DNA of 54,367 nt, taken from positions 1 to 54,367 of the forward strand of contig JAYUEN010000113.1 of NCBI GenBank assembly GCA_043739185.1. The letters run 5' to 3'. Shown here one piece after another: positions 42,656 through 51,845 of the stretch. A program made the position numbers and the translations under genes. The stretch's first letter is position 1, and every line of letters starts with the position of its first letter. A model generated the notes under the pieces. The model was not told where the DNA came from, ran no database searches, and was given only the letters and a program-made list of their open reading frames with translations. This stretch comes from Bdellovibrionales bacterium (GTDB lineage: Bacteria; Bdellovibrionota; Bdellovibrionia; Bdellovibrionales; JAMPXM01).

Positions 42656-43801
42656 ATGCACACACGACCAGTCTGGTTCGGCTTTCATTCTACGCTCATA
42701 ACGATTTCTCTGGCGGCGAGTTCAACGCCGACATTAAGCCTTGCGAACATTCAACAATCTAAAAAAGAAATTCTAACTGAGCTCAATTACCTTTATTTAG
42801 ATGAGAAGGCTCCTGATTTTGATTCGACACCCAATCAAAATACAAAAAATATGGCGCCAGTTTTTAAAAATATTACGGTACTAGGAGAAGGTCCCGCTCT
42901 TCAGAAGTCGCCTCTGATCAACGCTCACGCGACTCCTCCGAAAAAAGCTAGCAAGACATTAGATGGCTCGAAGGTTCAAATCTCAGATGATAGTGAGAAT
43001 GGGCTCATTTTTGACATTCCTGTTACCTACAATACGAGTGTCCGAAAATGGATAAAATATTTTCAAACTGTCGGGCGCATCACCTATCGCAGGTGGCTCG
43101 AAAGATCGTCTCGCTATCTACCCAATATACAACAAGAACTCGCACAAGCAGGATTGCCACAAGACTTAGCTTATCTCGCCATGATTGAAAGTGGATTTTC
43201 TCCTAAGGCCGAAAGCACGGCCAGTGCCGTTGGTATTTGGCAGTTTATGGCTCCGACCGGAAACCAATATGGCCTGCATACCAATTGGTGGCTAGATGAG
43301 AGACGCGATTATTTTAAAAGTACGCAAGCGGCCATTTGGTATATGTCGGATTTATACAAGATATTTGGCAGCTGGTACTTGGTTGCGGCAAGTTACAATA
43401 TGGGTGAAGCTCGAGTGAAAAAATTGATTGAGCGCTATCATACAAATAATTTTTGGACGCTCGCAGATATGGGCCTTCTATCCGAAGAAACAAAAAATTA
43501 TGTACCTAAAGTTTTAGCTGCCATGTTGATTGCAAAGGCACCCGCCCTTTATGGTTTTCGGGATATTGAATATCATTTACCCGAATCCTTTGAGTACTTT
43601 CATATTCCTGGGGGAACCGACCTTGAAAAACTCGCAGCCCATTTGGGGGTCAGCGCTAGGCATTTAAAAGAACTCAATCCTGAACTCATTCACGGCTACG
43701 TACCCAGGGGAGTCGCCAAGCATCTCATTCGCATTCCAAAAGGTTCAGTACTTGCCGTTTCAGACTATGTGAAAGCAAAAATGCCAAGTAGAGAAAATTG
43801 A
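42656..43801 (+). CDS. MltD-family lytic transglycosylase with LysM-like C-terminus
   Basis: LAMIESGF, AVGIWQFM, DERRD, ASYNMGE, ETKNYVPK and LKELNPEL. Confidence 0.93.
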   Translation: MHTRPVWFGFHSTLITISLAASSTPTLSLANIQQSKKEILTELNYLYLDEKAPDFDSTPNQNTKNMAPVFKNITVLGEGPALQKSPLINAHATPPKKASKTLDGSKVQISDDSENGLIFDIPVTYNTSVRKWIKYFQTVGRITYRRWLERSSRYLPNIQQELAQAGLPQDLAYLAMIESGFSPKAESTASAVGIWQFMAPTGNQYGLHTNWWLDERRDYFKSTQAAIWYMSDLYKIFGSWYLVAASYNMGEARVKKLIERYHTNNFWTLADMGLLSEETKNYVPKVLAAMLIAKAPALYGFRDIEYHLPESFEYFHIPGGTDLEKLAAHLGVSARHLKELNPELIHGYVPRGVAKHLIRIPKGSVLAVSDYVKAKMPSREN

Positions 43802-43826
43802 TCATTCGTTTACCTGGACAGACACT

Positions 43827-45053
43827 ATGAGAAAGCAAAAAATCCTGGTTCAAAAATATGGTGGCGCCAGCCTTTCGGATGCCAATCAAATTCGCGATAT
43901 CGCACTAAAGATCAGTCAACTGCACGCCGGAGATTACGGTCTCATTATTGTAGTAAGCGCCATGGGGCAAGCCACCGACGCACTCATCAGTTTGGCTTAC
44001 CAAGTGAGTCCTCATCCGAATCGCCGCGAACTAGATATGTTGGTTTCAACCGGAGAAAGAGTGTCGATGTCACTGATGAGTATGGCGATCAATGATCGTC
44101 AATGCAAAGCCATCAGCCTCACTGGCAGTCAGGCCGGAGTTTTGACAGATGATGCACATTCATCGGCCCGAATTATTGATCTCAAACCTATCCGGATTGA
44201 ATCTGAATTAAATAAAAATACTGTGGTCATCATCGCGGGCTTTCAAGGTGTGTCTCCCAATTCAAAAGAAATTACGACTTTGGGACGTGGCGGATCAGAT
44301 ACCACAGCTGTGGCATTTGCAGCTTATTTTAAAGCAGAGCGCTGTGAAATTTTGAAAGAGGTCCCGGGAGTATTCTCAGCAGATCCCAACAGCATCAAAG
44401 AAGCTGAACTGATTTCTAAACTTCATTATTTGCAACTTCTTGATATGACTTACTGGGGCGCTAAAGTTTTGCATTACCGCAGTGTTGAACTTGCTTATCT
44501 TTTGAAAATTCCAATTAAGATTGCTCTTGCCCATGACAATGGTGAAGGCCAATCTACAATTATAGATGGAGAAACCACGATGTTTGAGCAGGCACGTATT
44601 CTTTCGGTCAATTCTCATAAAGAAGTCCGCTGGATTGAAGTCGCAAAAACCGATCTCAATTCTGCAATTCAAGAATTCTTCAGTATGTTAAAAGAAGAGT
44701 CTTTGCCTTCGCCGCAAATTCTCGATACCGAAAGGCGAATCGCTTCCTTCGCCATTTTAATTACCGCTCCGAACGAACAACTCAATTCAATTTTGCAAGC
44801 CTGTCTGCGCACCAAGAGAGCAAGGTTTGAAACCACTGAGCTTTCTACCGTTAGTGTCACCTGCAAGGGTTCTTATGCCTCTACTTTACCAGATGAAATT
44901 TGCTCGCACCTCGGGAGAAAAAAAATTGCGACCTACAAACTCTTACTAAGTGCGATGAGTTTATCGGTAATTGTCGATGCCAAAGAACGTGAGCGCACCA
45001 TTCAAAGTGTTCACGAAATCCGCGACGGCAGTTTGCCAGATGAGAGAGAATAA
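43827..45053 (+). CDS. lysC: Aspartate kinase
   Basis: VQKYGGAS, VVSAMG, TGERVS, AGFQG, TTLGRGGSDTTAVA and GAKVLH. Confidence 0.95.
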   Translation: MRKQKILVQKYGGASLSDANQIRDIALKISQLHAGDYGLIIVVSAMGQATDALISLAYQVSPHPNRRELDMLVSTGERVSMSLMSMAINDRQCKAISLTGSQAGVLTDDAHSSARIIDLKPIRIESELNKNTVVIIAGFQGVSPNSKEITTLGRGGSDTTAVAFAAYFKAERCEILKEVPGVFSADPNSIKEAELISKLHYLQLLDMTYWGAKVLHYRSVELAYLLKIPIKIALAHDNGEGQSTIIDGETTMFEQARILSVNSHKEVRWIEVAKTDLNSAIQEFFSMLKEESLPSPQILDTERRIASFAILITAPNEQLNSILQACLRTKRARFETTELSTVSVTCKGSYASTLPDEICSHLGRKKIATYKLLLSAMSLSVIVDAKERERTIQSVHEIRDGSLPDERE

Positions 45054-45292
45054 GTTTTTTGTTTGGGCTTGGGTTTGGGCAAATCAAAACAATGGTATAG
45101 GCGCTAGATTTTCTTCACGGCAATATCGTTGCACTTCGGACTTGAATCTTTAGTTGGCGCGCGAGCAAGATCCTCTAATGCCTGAGGAACTCTCGCCTCT
45201 GAACTGTGTCGCCACCAGTTGTCGCTAGTTGGCCTATTAATACCAAACTATTCCCTAAGCGAAATTGCTCTTCTTGCATATTGAATACCTTC

Positions 45293-45326
45293 GATACCAC
45301 CGAAACCCCCCTGTGGTGGCATCTAC
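45293..45326 (-). repeat. GTAG-led REP-like hairpin
   Basis: GTA-GATGCCACC-N13-GGTGGTATC on the minus strand, upstream of an HUH transposase gene. Confidence 0.5.
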
Positions 45327-45444
45327 TCTAGTCGCTTTACGTAAACCCTATCTTGCAGAGGTGTAAACCATGTGCTGCAACAAAGTGTACACCCGCCAAA
45401 AAAATCTTGACCAATCAACCTTCGTTCACCATACTACTCGAAGA

Positions 45445-45972
45445 ATGAAAAATCCACAAACCAAATTCCTAAGGAATCAACCGAAAGCTTATGGCGGCGA
45501 TTTACTCAATAAGCGCAAAGCACGCCAGGGCCCAAGGCCGCTCGTCACCAAACATACAATGCATCTCACGATGCGCTCGACGCAGGCCGTGGGAGAATGG
45601 TCGTTTGCACGCCCAAATAATCGCAAGAACATTGCCAAGATTATTTCGAAGTTCTCAAATAAATACGGAGTGAAAGTGCTGTCGATGGCAAATGTTGGCA
45701 ATCACTTGCACTTTCAGATTAAATTGTCGAATCGCTTTACTTATAAAAAATTTATCAGAGCGATTAGTTCGGCAATTGTGATGGCGGTTACTAAAGTAAG
45801 TCGCAAGAAAAAGCTCGAGAAACATTTTTGGAATTATCGGCCATTTACCAGAGTCATCACGAGCATTAGGGAATTTTTGAATTTGAAAGATTATATTAGG
45901 ATCAATCAACTTGAAGGCTTTGGCGTGGCTCGGGCCACTGCAATTAATATTGTCAAAAATTATTCGGGGTAA
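45445..45972 (+). mobile_element. HUH/Y1 transposase (IS200/RAYT superfamily)
   Basis: MHLTMRS, NVGNHLHF (HUH), FW..RPFTR and DYIRIN (catalytic Tyr). TTGACC-N17-CATACT at 45407-45435 supports a start at ATG 45445. Confidence 0.85.
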
Positions 45973-46286
45973 AAATTCCTCCTGATTAGCTAATTAAGAA
46001 CCAATCGTCATTTCCCAAGAGCTCAGCTTTGTGCATACACAAAGTCGAAGCTCAGGCGGACTAGTCAGGACAGGGCCAATCAATGCAGGCCAATTAGCGC
46101 CTCAAAAACTTGATCCACATTGCCTTCCAAACAGAATCTAACCACTACTAAATACGCATGAGGCCTAGTAATGAAATGCGATTCATTTGCGCAATCCAAT
46201 CGCTCAGACAAATATAAAAGTCATTTCGAATAATTGCTGAAGAACTATGCAGGCAAATCTCTCAACGGATTTTTAAAAACAGCGCT

Positions 46287-46613
46287 TCAAACTTCTTCGT
46301 CAGGAGTTGCCAATTCAAGGCAAATTCTCGCAACGAGGCCAGGCTGGGGGGAGAGCTGGCAAGCAAGTCGAATTTCATTTTTGAAGCCTCGATCGTTTGC
46401 CATCTCTTGTTCAATTTCATTGCGTTCTGGTAAGCTCGCAATGTCACTTTCAATTTCAATGCGGCAGGTACCGCAAGTACCCATTCCACCGCAAGAATGC
46501 GCGATTTCAACTTGCTCCCTCAGAGCAACTTCAAGCACGCTTTCTTCATTAGTAAATGTCACGCTCGTTTGATTCGGCATGAATAAAATTGAGCCTTTAG
46601 GAGCCTTTTTCAC
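46287..46613 (-). CDS. 2Fe-2S ferredoxin
   Basis: HSCGGMGTCGTC and RLACQ. Confidence 0.92.
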   Translation of the reverse strand: MKKAPKGSILFMPNQTSVTFTNEESVLEVALREQVEIAHSCGGMGTCGTCRIEIESDIASLPERNEIEQEMANDRGFKNEIRLACQLSPQPGLVARICLELATPDEEV

Positions 46614-46743
46614 TTGATCTCAACTCTGTTAGATAGTTTTGACTTGGGCTTATTTATTTAATAAATGTTCTTTCTTTTGATTGCAATATCATTCGACCTC
46701 GACCAAATTGGATCAATGGGGTTTTAGCCAGGGGGAGGCAAAA

Positions 46744-47361
46744 ATGAGATTTATAGCATTCGATTTAGAAACTACAGGCTTTGTAGCGGGTGTGGATCAA
46801 ATTGTTGAAATCGGCGCCGTTCGTTTCATTGATGGCCAGGTTGAATCCGTTTTTGCGACCTTGATAGACCCTCAGATTTCAATTCCTGAAGCTGCCAGCC
46901 GTGTAAACGGCATCACCGATCAAATGTTAAAGGGCAAACCAAAAATTGATGATATCTTAGAGCCTTTTGCGCAATTTTGCGGAAGCGATTTGTTGGTGGC
47001 ACATAACGCCCCCTTTGATTGTCAATTTATGACAGCGGATTATAAAAAATTTGAGATGACGGCTCCGAAGGGTATTGTTTTGGATACCTGCGCGATGGCG
47101 CGAAATGTCTTTCGCGGACTTGCAAATTATAAATTGGGAACTCTTGTCCAGTATCTTCAAATTGAGGCTGCTGGTTTTCACCGTGCAGAAGCCGATGCAA
47201 ATTACTGTGGTCAACTTTTTCACAAAATGCATCAACGCCTAAGCGACTCTAGCTCTCAAAGCATCGAAAGTATGGTTAAACTCACAGGCAAACCTGAGTT
47301 TCGCTTTCCCGTCATTGAGCGCAAACCCAAACAAATGGGCTTTTTGGATATGTTAGTATAA
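46744..47361 (+). CDS. DEDDh 3'-5' exonuclease (DnaQ/epsilon-like)
   Basis: FDLETTG, AHNAPFD, DT and HRAEADA; GGAGG SD before ATG 46744. Confidence 0.93.
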   Translation: MRFIAFDLETTGFVAGVDQIVEIGAVRFIDGQVESVFATLIDPQISIPEAASRVNGITDQMLKGKPKIDDILEPFAQFCGSDLLVAHNAPFDCQFMTADYKKFEMTAPKGIVLDTCAMARNVFRGLANYKLGTLVQYLQIEAAGFHRAEADANYCGQLFHKMHQRLSDSSSQSIESMVKLTGKPEFRFPVIERKPKQMGFLDMLV

Positions 47362-47370
47362 CAAGACCTA

Positions 47371-47493
47371 TAGATGAGCCCAAAATTGATGCGATCGAGG
47401 CGTCCGAGGAGAAGGCGCGGAGGCCTACTTCCTGTAGGCCGCACAAGCTGACGACGAAGGCAACGAAGGTCCCATCAATTTTGGGCTCATCTA
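47371..47493. repeat. 123-bp palindromic element (MITE/REP-like), copy B
   Basis: Perfect 21-bp terminal inverted repeats TAGATGAGCCCAAAATTGATG; central hairpin GGCCTAC-TTCCT-GTAGGCC. Confidence 0.85.
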
Positions 47494-49109
47494 CAAAGCT
47501 TTGCCGCGATGGGCATTCTTCGCCCTCGCCCGAAAGAATGCGAACTGACTTTTAAAATGGGTGGTGATTGCCATCTTTTGAATTCGCTCTTTAAAATCTT
47601 TTCTTGCAGCCACAATTCAACCTTTGATGACGGCATTTTAGATTTTTCGACTAAGTTGCAAACCGCCTGATCGAGCTGATCATAAGGCGGCAAACTATCT
47701 TGATCTACTTGATTGGGCCGCAATTCAGCTGAGGGCGCTCGGCTGATAATATCTTTTGGAATAATATTTTCTCGAGAATTAATAAACTCAGCCAGCTCAT
47801 AAACTTGTTTCTTTAACAGATCACCTAGTGGATTGAGCGCACCACACATATCACCGTAGAGCGTTGCATAGCCGGTGGCGAGCTCTGACTTATTTCCGGT
47901 CGTCAAGAGAAGGCTATTCTCTTTATTTGAATAGGCCATTAAGATATTGCCCCGTAGCCGAGACTGTAAATTCTCATTGAGCACACCAAAATCAAATGGG
48001 CCGAGTGAGTCTTGTAATTCCTCAAGCATAGTTTCATAAGTCGACTGAATAGATATCTCATGCAAGCGAGTTTTCAAATTCTTTGCGAGCATTCGGGCCA
48101 ATTTTAAGCTCAAGTCAGAGCTATGTGGTCCGGGAAGAGCAAGTCCCACGACATTCTCTGCCCCCAATGCATCAACCGCAAGACAGGCAACTACTGCCGA
48201 ATCAATTCCGCCGCTAAATCCCAAATGCACTTTTTGAAAACCGGTCTTTCGCACAAAATCTTTTATCCCTAAAGAAAGCGCAGAAAAAATCTCAGCTACT
48301 CCGTCTTTTTTATTCCCAACTGCTTTTGAGGAATGAGCCTGACTCAAATCAAAAATTTGTAAATGTTCTTTAAAGCGCGGCGCCTGCAAAAGCATTTGGC
48401 CTTTTTTATTTAAAACAAAACTGGCACCATCAAAAATAACTTCATCTTGAGCGCCCACCATATTGGTATAAATCATCGGGGCCTTCAAACGCTGTACTAC
48501 TTTCTTTGCGACCTGAATCCGCAAATTGAGCTTGCCCGAATAAAACGGAGAAGCGCTTAAATTCAATATGGCATCTAATTTTTTCTCTTTAATTTTCAAA
48601 ATTGGATTTTCATTGTATTGCGAAGGATAGTCCTTAATGCCCCAAGCCCAAATGTCCTCACAAATACTTACTAAGAATTTTTTTGAATGAAGAGTAAAAA
48701 TATTTTTTTGCAAATCACCGCTGGCAAAAAAGCGCGCTTCATCAAAGATATCGTAACTTGGCAACAATTCCTTATTAAAGATCTTGGGCTTTTGGCCTTT
48801 GCGAATCAAAACCGCAGAGTTGAAATAAGCTTTTCCTGAACTTTTGGGCGCTTCGGTAATAAGTCCGATCAATGCCGAGATATTCTTAGGCATTTTTTTA
48901 TGAATACTCTTTAAACTTAAAAGTTGTTTTTTAACCAGGGCCCGATACTCGAGCATATCAAGCGGCAAATATCCAAACAAAGCTGACTCAGGAAAAATCA
49001 CCAAATCACAATTTTGCTCGGCCGCGGTTTGCACATAAGAAAGAATACGAGCGGCATTTGAATCAAAATCACCGAGATGGGAGTTGAATTGTACTTGTGC
49101 GATTTTCAT
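47487..49109 (-). CDS. nadE: Glutamine-dependent NAD+ synthetase
   Basis: Nitrilase domain (FPE, K.LLP.Y.IFDE.R.F, ICEDIW) plus SGGIDS, ENLQSRLRG, TGNKSE and PSAELRP.Q.DQDSLPPY. Confidence 0.97.
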   Translation of the reverse strand: MKIAQVQFNSHLGDFDSNAARILSYVQTAAEQNCDLVIFPESALFGYLPLDMLEYRALVKKQLLSLKSIHKKMPKNISALIGLITEAPKSSGKAYFNSAVLIRKGQKPKIFNKELLPSYDIFDEARFFASGDLQKNIFTLHSKKFLVSICEDIWAWGIKDYPSQYNENPILKIKEKKLDAILNLSASPFYSGKLNLRIQVAKKVVQRLKAPMIYTNMVGAQDEVIFDGASFVLNKKGQMLLQAPRFKEHLQIFDLSQAHSSKAVGNKKDGVAEIFSALSLGIKDFVRKTGFQKVHLGFSGGIDSAVVACLAVDALGAENVVGLALPGPHSSDLSLKLARMLAKNLKTRLHEISIQSTYETMLEELQDSLGPFDFGVLNENLQSRLRGNILMAYSNKENSLLLTTGNKSELATGYATLYGDMCGALNPLGDLLKKQVYELAEFINSRENIIPKDIISRAPSAELRPNQVDQDSLPPYDQLDQAVCNLVEKSKMPSSKVELWLQEKILKSEFKRWQSPPILKVSSHSFGRGRRMPIAAKLCR

Positions 49110-49148
49110 TTACAAAGCTTTCAAAGAAAAATGCTTTTAACGAAAGAC

Positions 49149-49613
49149 TCAAGTGAGCTTAGGCTTCTCTATGTTGATGCGCTTGCTAAAGCCATCTTGA
49201 TAATGATGCCAAAATTGAATTTTTCTTTCAGGATACTTCCAGCAAAAATACCCATCATTGGAGTCAAAATCGAGTAACCACAAGCCCTTTGGCAAGGCCC
49301 CCAGTTTGGTCATCTTATTTTGCCAATCCTGAATCAATTGATTTATTTGCAATTCAATCTTATCAACAAGGAGTGGGCTCTTGCCTTCAAACAAATGCAG
49401 TCGGTCCATCAATTGCGTAACTTCTTCACTGTATTTTTTGGTAATTCTAAAAATTATTGGCAACAATTGTTGCGCTTCGCCAATATTAAAAATGGCGCGT
49501 GCGCCCGCTGGATGTAAATTAACTGCAGAAACACTCCCGGCTTCGCTACTACCAAAATGACGATTTTTCCCATTGTGAACGACGAAGTTCACTTCTTGCT
49601 GACTGATGTCCAC
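49149..49613 (-). CDS. DUF2203-like protein
   Basis: F...EA..LLP.I and KGLWLLDF.....YFCWKYPE..I.FWH...GF..R. Confidence 0.8.
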   Translation of the reverse strand: MDISQQEVNFVVHNGKNRHFGSSEAGSVSAVNLHPAGARAIFNIGEAQQLLPIIFRITKKYSEEVTQLMDRLHLFEGKSPLLVDKIELQINQLIQDWQNKMTKLGALPKGLWLLDFDSNDGYFCWKYPERKIQFWHHYQDGFSKRINIEKPKLT

Positions 49614-49773
49614 TGATGCCCCCTAGTACCCCAATAAATGAGATATGTTTCTGACATACAATGGACCTAAAGTGAAAAGCTTTTTTCAAACTTTCATTTA
49701 ATTATATTTTTTCTATACATAAAGATTTGACGACTTTTTGTGAAATTTCGACGCTCATAGCCTGATACAAGTT

Positions 49774-50805
49774 TTACAAAAGCTGTTTTGCTTTTAGACT
49801 TTGAATAATTCCAGCGGCATTTACAGCTTGAATGCCCAATGGCTGGCCAAGTTCCTTTAAGAGAATTGCCAATTTATCATTCTCAAAATTTGGTTCAGAC
49901 TTTAATGCTTCTGCAACTTCGTCGGCAAGATTTACACACTGGGCGATTTGTAACATTTTCGAAGAACGCGATTTGAGTAAGTCTAAATCATGATGAAAGG
50001 CTACAACCTCTTCAACTTCCGCCATAAATTCAGTTGCGATTAAGAGCATACTCCCCATTTCACAGTGAGAGATATTTAGATACCTTCTTTCAATTTCAAG
50101 CTCGAGTGCATTTTTCCATTGTTTGTTTTCACGGTGACGCGAGAATTCTTTGAGTATCCAGGAGCTTTCTTCGGGATAAATGAGCCACATAAGGCCGCGC
50201 CCCACTTCGTGGCATAAGCCCGCCATAAATGCCTGCTTACACATCGTGCTTGAGAGTTTTGAAAGATTTGCAAAAGACCATGCCAATGCAGCCGACCTGA
50301 TACTATGCGCCCATAAATCTTTGAAAGGGGCTTCAAAACGCGCCTTAAGATTGCGATGAACCAAAAGATGATCTAAGAAATCAAAGAGAAAGCCAGCGAC
50401 CCAGGCGCCACCGCTGAAGTCTCCGCCCAATTTTTTAGTCACCAATTCTGTTTCTTCGGCAAATTTGAGAAAATTTTTCTCTTTGAGTATTTTTTCAAAA
50501 ATTTTGTCTTGATCTTGAATTGTACAAGACAGAATACAATTGGAAAATACAAAGTCTCGAACGCGATTTTTTCCGATCAAAACCACCGCATGGGAAATCG
50601 ATTGAACAGAGCCATTTTTAAGCTGTAGATTTGCATCTAAGATAATTTGACGGCTTACAGTGCTGTCGGTTTTTAAACAGTCTTCAAAATCACTCGCTTT
50701 GTCATCGCCCGCAATGATGGGTTTTAAAATCATTTTTGTAATATCATTGAGCTCAAAAAATCGGAGAGCATCACGATAAAGTTCACGCTGTACTTGACGC
50801 TGCAT
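49774..50805 (-). CDS. HDOD-domain protein
   Basis: SISHAVVLIG, LWAHSI, AFMAGLCHEVGR, HCEMG, HH and LAD. Confidence 0.88.
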   Translation of the reverse strand: MQRQVQRELYRDALRFFELNDITKMILKPIIAGDDKASDFEDCLKTDSTVSRQIILDANLQLKNGSVQSISHAVVLIGKNRVRDFVFSNCILSCTIQDQDKIFEKILKEKNFLKFAEETELVTKKLGGDFSGGAWVAGFLFDFLDHLLVHRNLKARFEAPFKDLWAHSIRSAALAWSFANLSKLSSTMCKQAFMAGLCHEVGRGLMWLIYPEESSWILKEFSRHRENKQWKNALELEIERRYLNISHCEMGSMLLIATEFMAEVEEVVAFHHDLDLLKSRSSKMLQIAQCVNLADEVAEALKSEPNFENDKLAILLKELGQPLGIQAVNAAGIIQSLKAKQLL

Positions 50806-51746
50806 TAGTCGTCTCCGCCCTTGCTAATTTGCATGGCCTGGCCACCTACAAAAATAATGATAGCAATAATTATACAGGCGATTAAAAACCATTTTAGTAG
50901 CATTGAAAAACCAAAGCCATCCGAGTTGATATCGGTATCCTTGGCCGCTGGAGCTCGTGAGGGATCAACAGTGAGCTCTTTGGGGCGCAAAGCTCCGGAA
51001 TTGGTTTTGGCAACTTCTTTCGGCGCCAGTCGCTCTTGACGATCGGCTTCTTCACTTTCTAATTTAAAATTTCGATTCATGCCGTTCATATTGACCGCGA
51101 AAGGACCTTTCGGCTTTAAGTCCTTATAATCAAATTGTTCTCCGATTTTGACAAAGGAGTCTTCCGATGCGTCCTTACCTGCGCCACTTCCGCCTGACGA
51201 ATTTACAATTTTTCGACCCGGAGCTCTTCGACCTTGTCCTCCCGCAGCCCCACCACCGCCTGCGCCTTCGCCGCCGGCGGCCGCTCCGCCGCCTGCATCG
51301 GCAGCACCGCCGTTATTTGCAATATTCGGTGGTGCCTTCTTCGCATTTTTTCCGGCAGCTGCTCCGCCATTTTTAGCATCTTGATTGCCGCCATTTTGTC
51401 CGTTGTTGCCGCCATTTGTGCCGCCCGTTCCACCGCCGCCATTGCCATTGCCATTGCCATTAAAGGCGGTTTGAACACTTGAGTTAAAAGCTGATAAACA
51501 TGAGGACGCGGCGTCTGACGACTGGCCACTTAATTCTCCGGTCTCAAGCAGACAAGCAATAAATTTTCCTTTACCAAAAAGTGCTTCGACATAGGTATTA
51601 AAAGAAACACTAAGCTGTTTGAGCGGGCCCAGTACCAGAGCAAGAATGATAACCAAAAGCAAAATATACTCGACTGTCGCTTGACCGCGATTGTTCTTCG
51701 AACCTATTAGGAAACGGCTCTTGAGCTGGCCTAAAGTCGCGTGCAT
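50805..51746 (-). CDS. Flp/TadE-like prepilin-motif protein with Gly-rich linker and C-terminal TM helix
   Basis: NRG|QATVEYILLLVIIL class III signal (G at -1, E at +5, Y at +6). Confidence 0.75.
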   Translation of the reverse strand: MHATLGQLKSRFLIGSKNNRGQATVEYILLLVIILALVLGPLKQLSVSFNTYVEALFGKGKFIACLLETGELSGQSSDAASSCLSAFNSSVQTAFNGNGNGNGGGGTGGTNGGNNGQNGGNQDAKNGGAAAGKNAKKAPPNIANNGGAADAGGGAAAGGEGAGGGGAAGGQGRRAPGRKIVNSSGGSGAGKDASEDSFVKIGEQFDYKDLKPKGPFAVNMNGMNRNFKLESEEADRQERLAPKEVAKTNSGALRPKELTVDPSRAPAAKDTDINSDGFGFSMLLKWFLIACIIIAIIIFVGGQAMQISKGGDD

Positions 51747-51845
51747 TTATTAAAAGCTCCATCAAAAAATCGAATTTTAGGTTACAATTGAACGAGTTTA
51801 TCGCCTTAGTATTTCTAATCACTTAACGGCATTTTGAGACGCAAA

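Noticed and set aside
45370..45444. Longer N-terminus of the transposase
   Set aside because: This stretch contains a well-spaced -35/-10 promoter, so ATG 45445 is favoured.
51148..51529. Several overlapping ORFs and GCC/CCATTG repeats
   Set aside because: These are shadows of the Gly/Asn/Ala-rich linker codons in the pilin-like gene, not independent genes or a repeat array.
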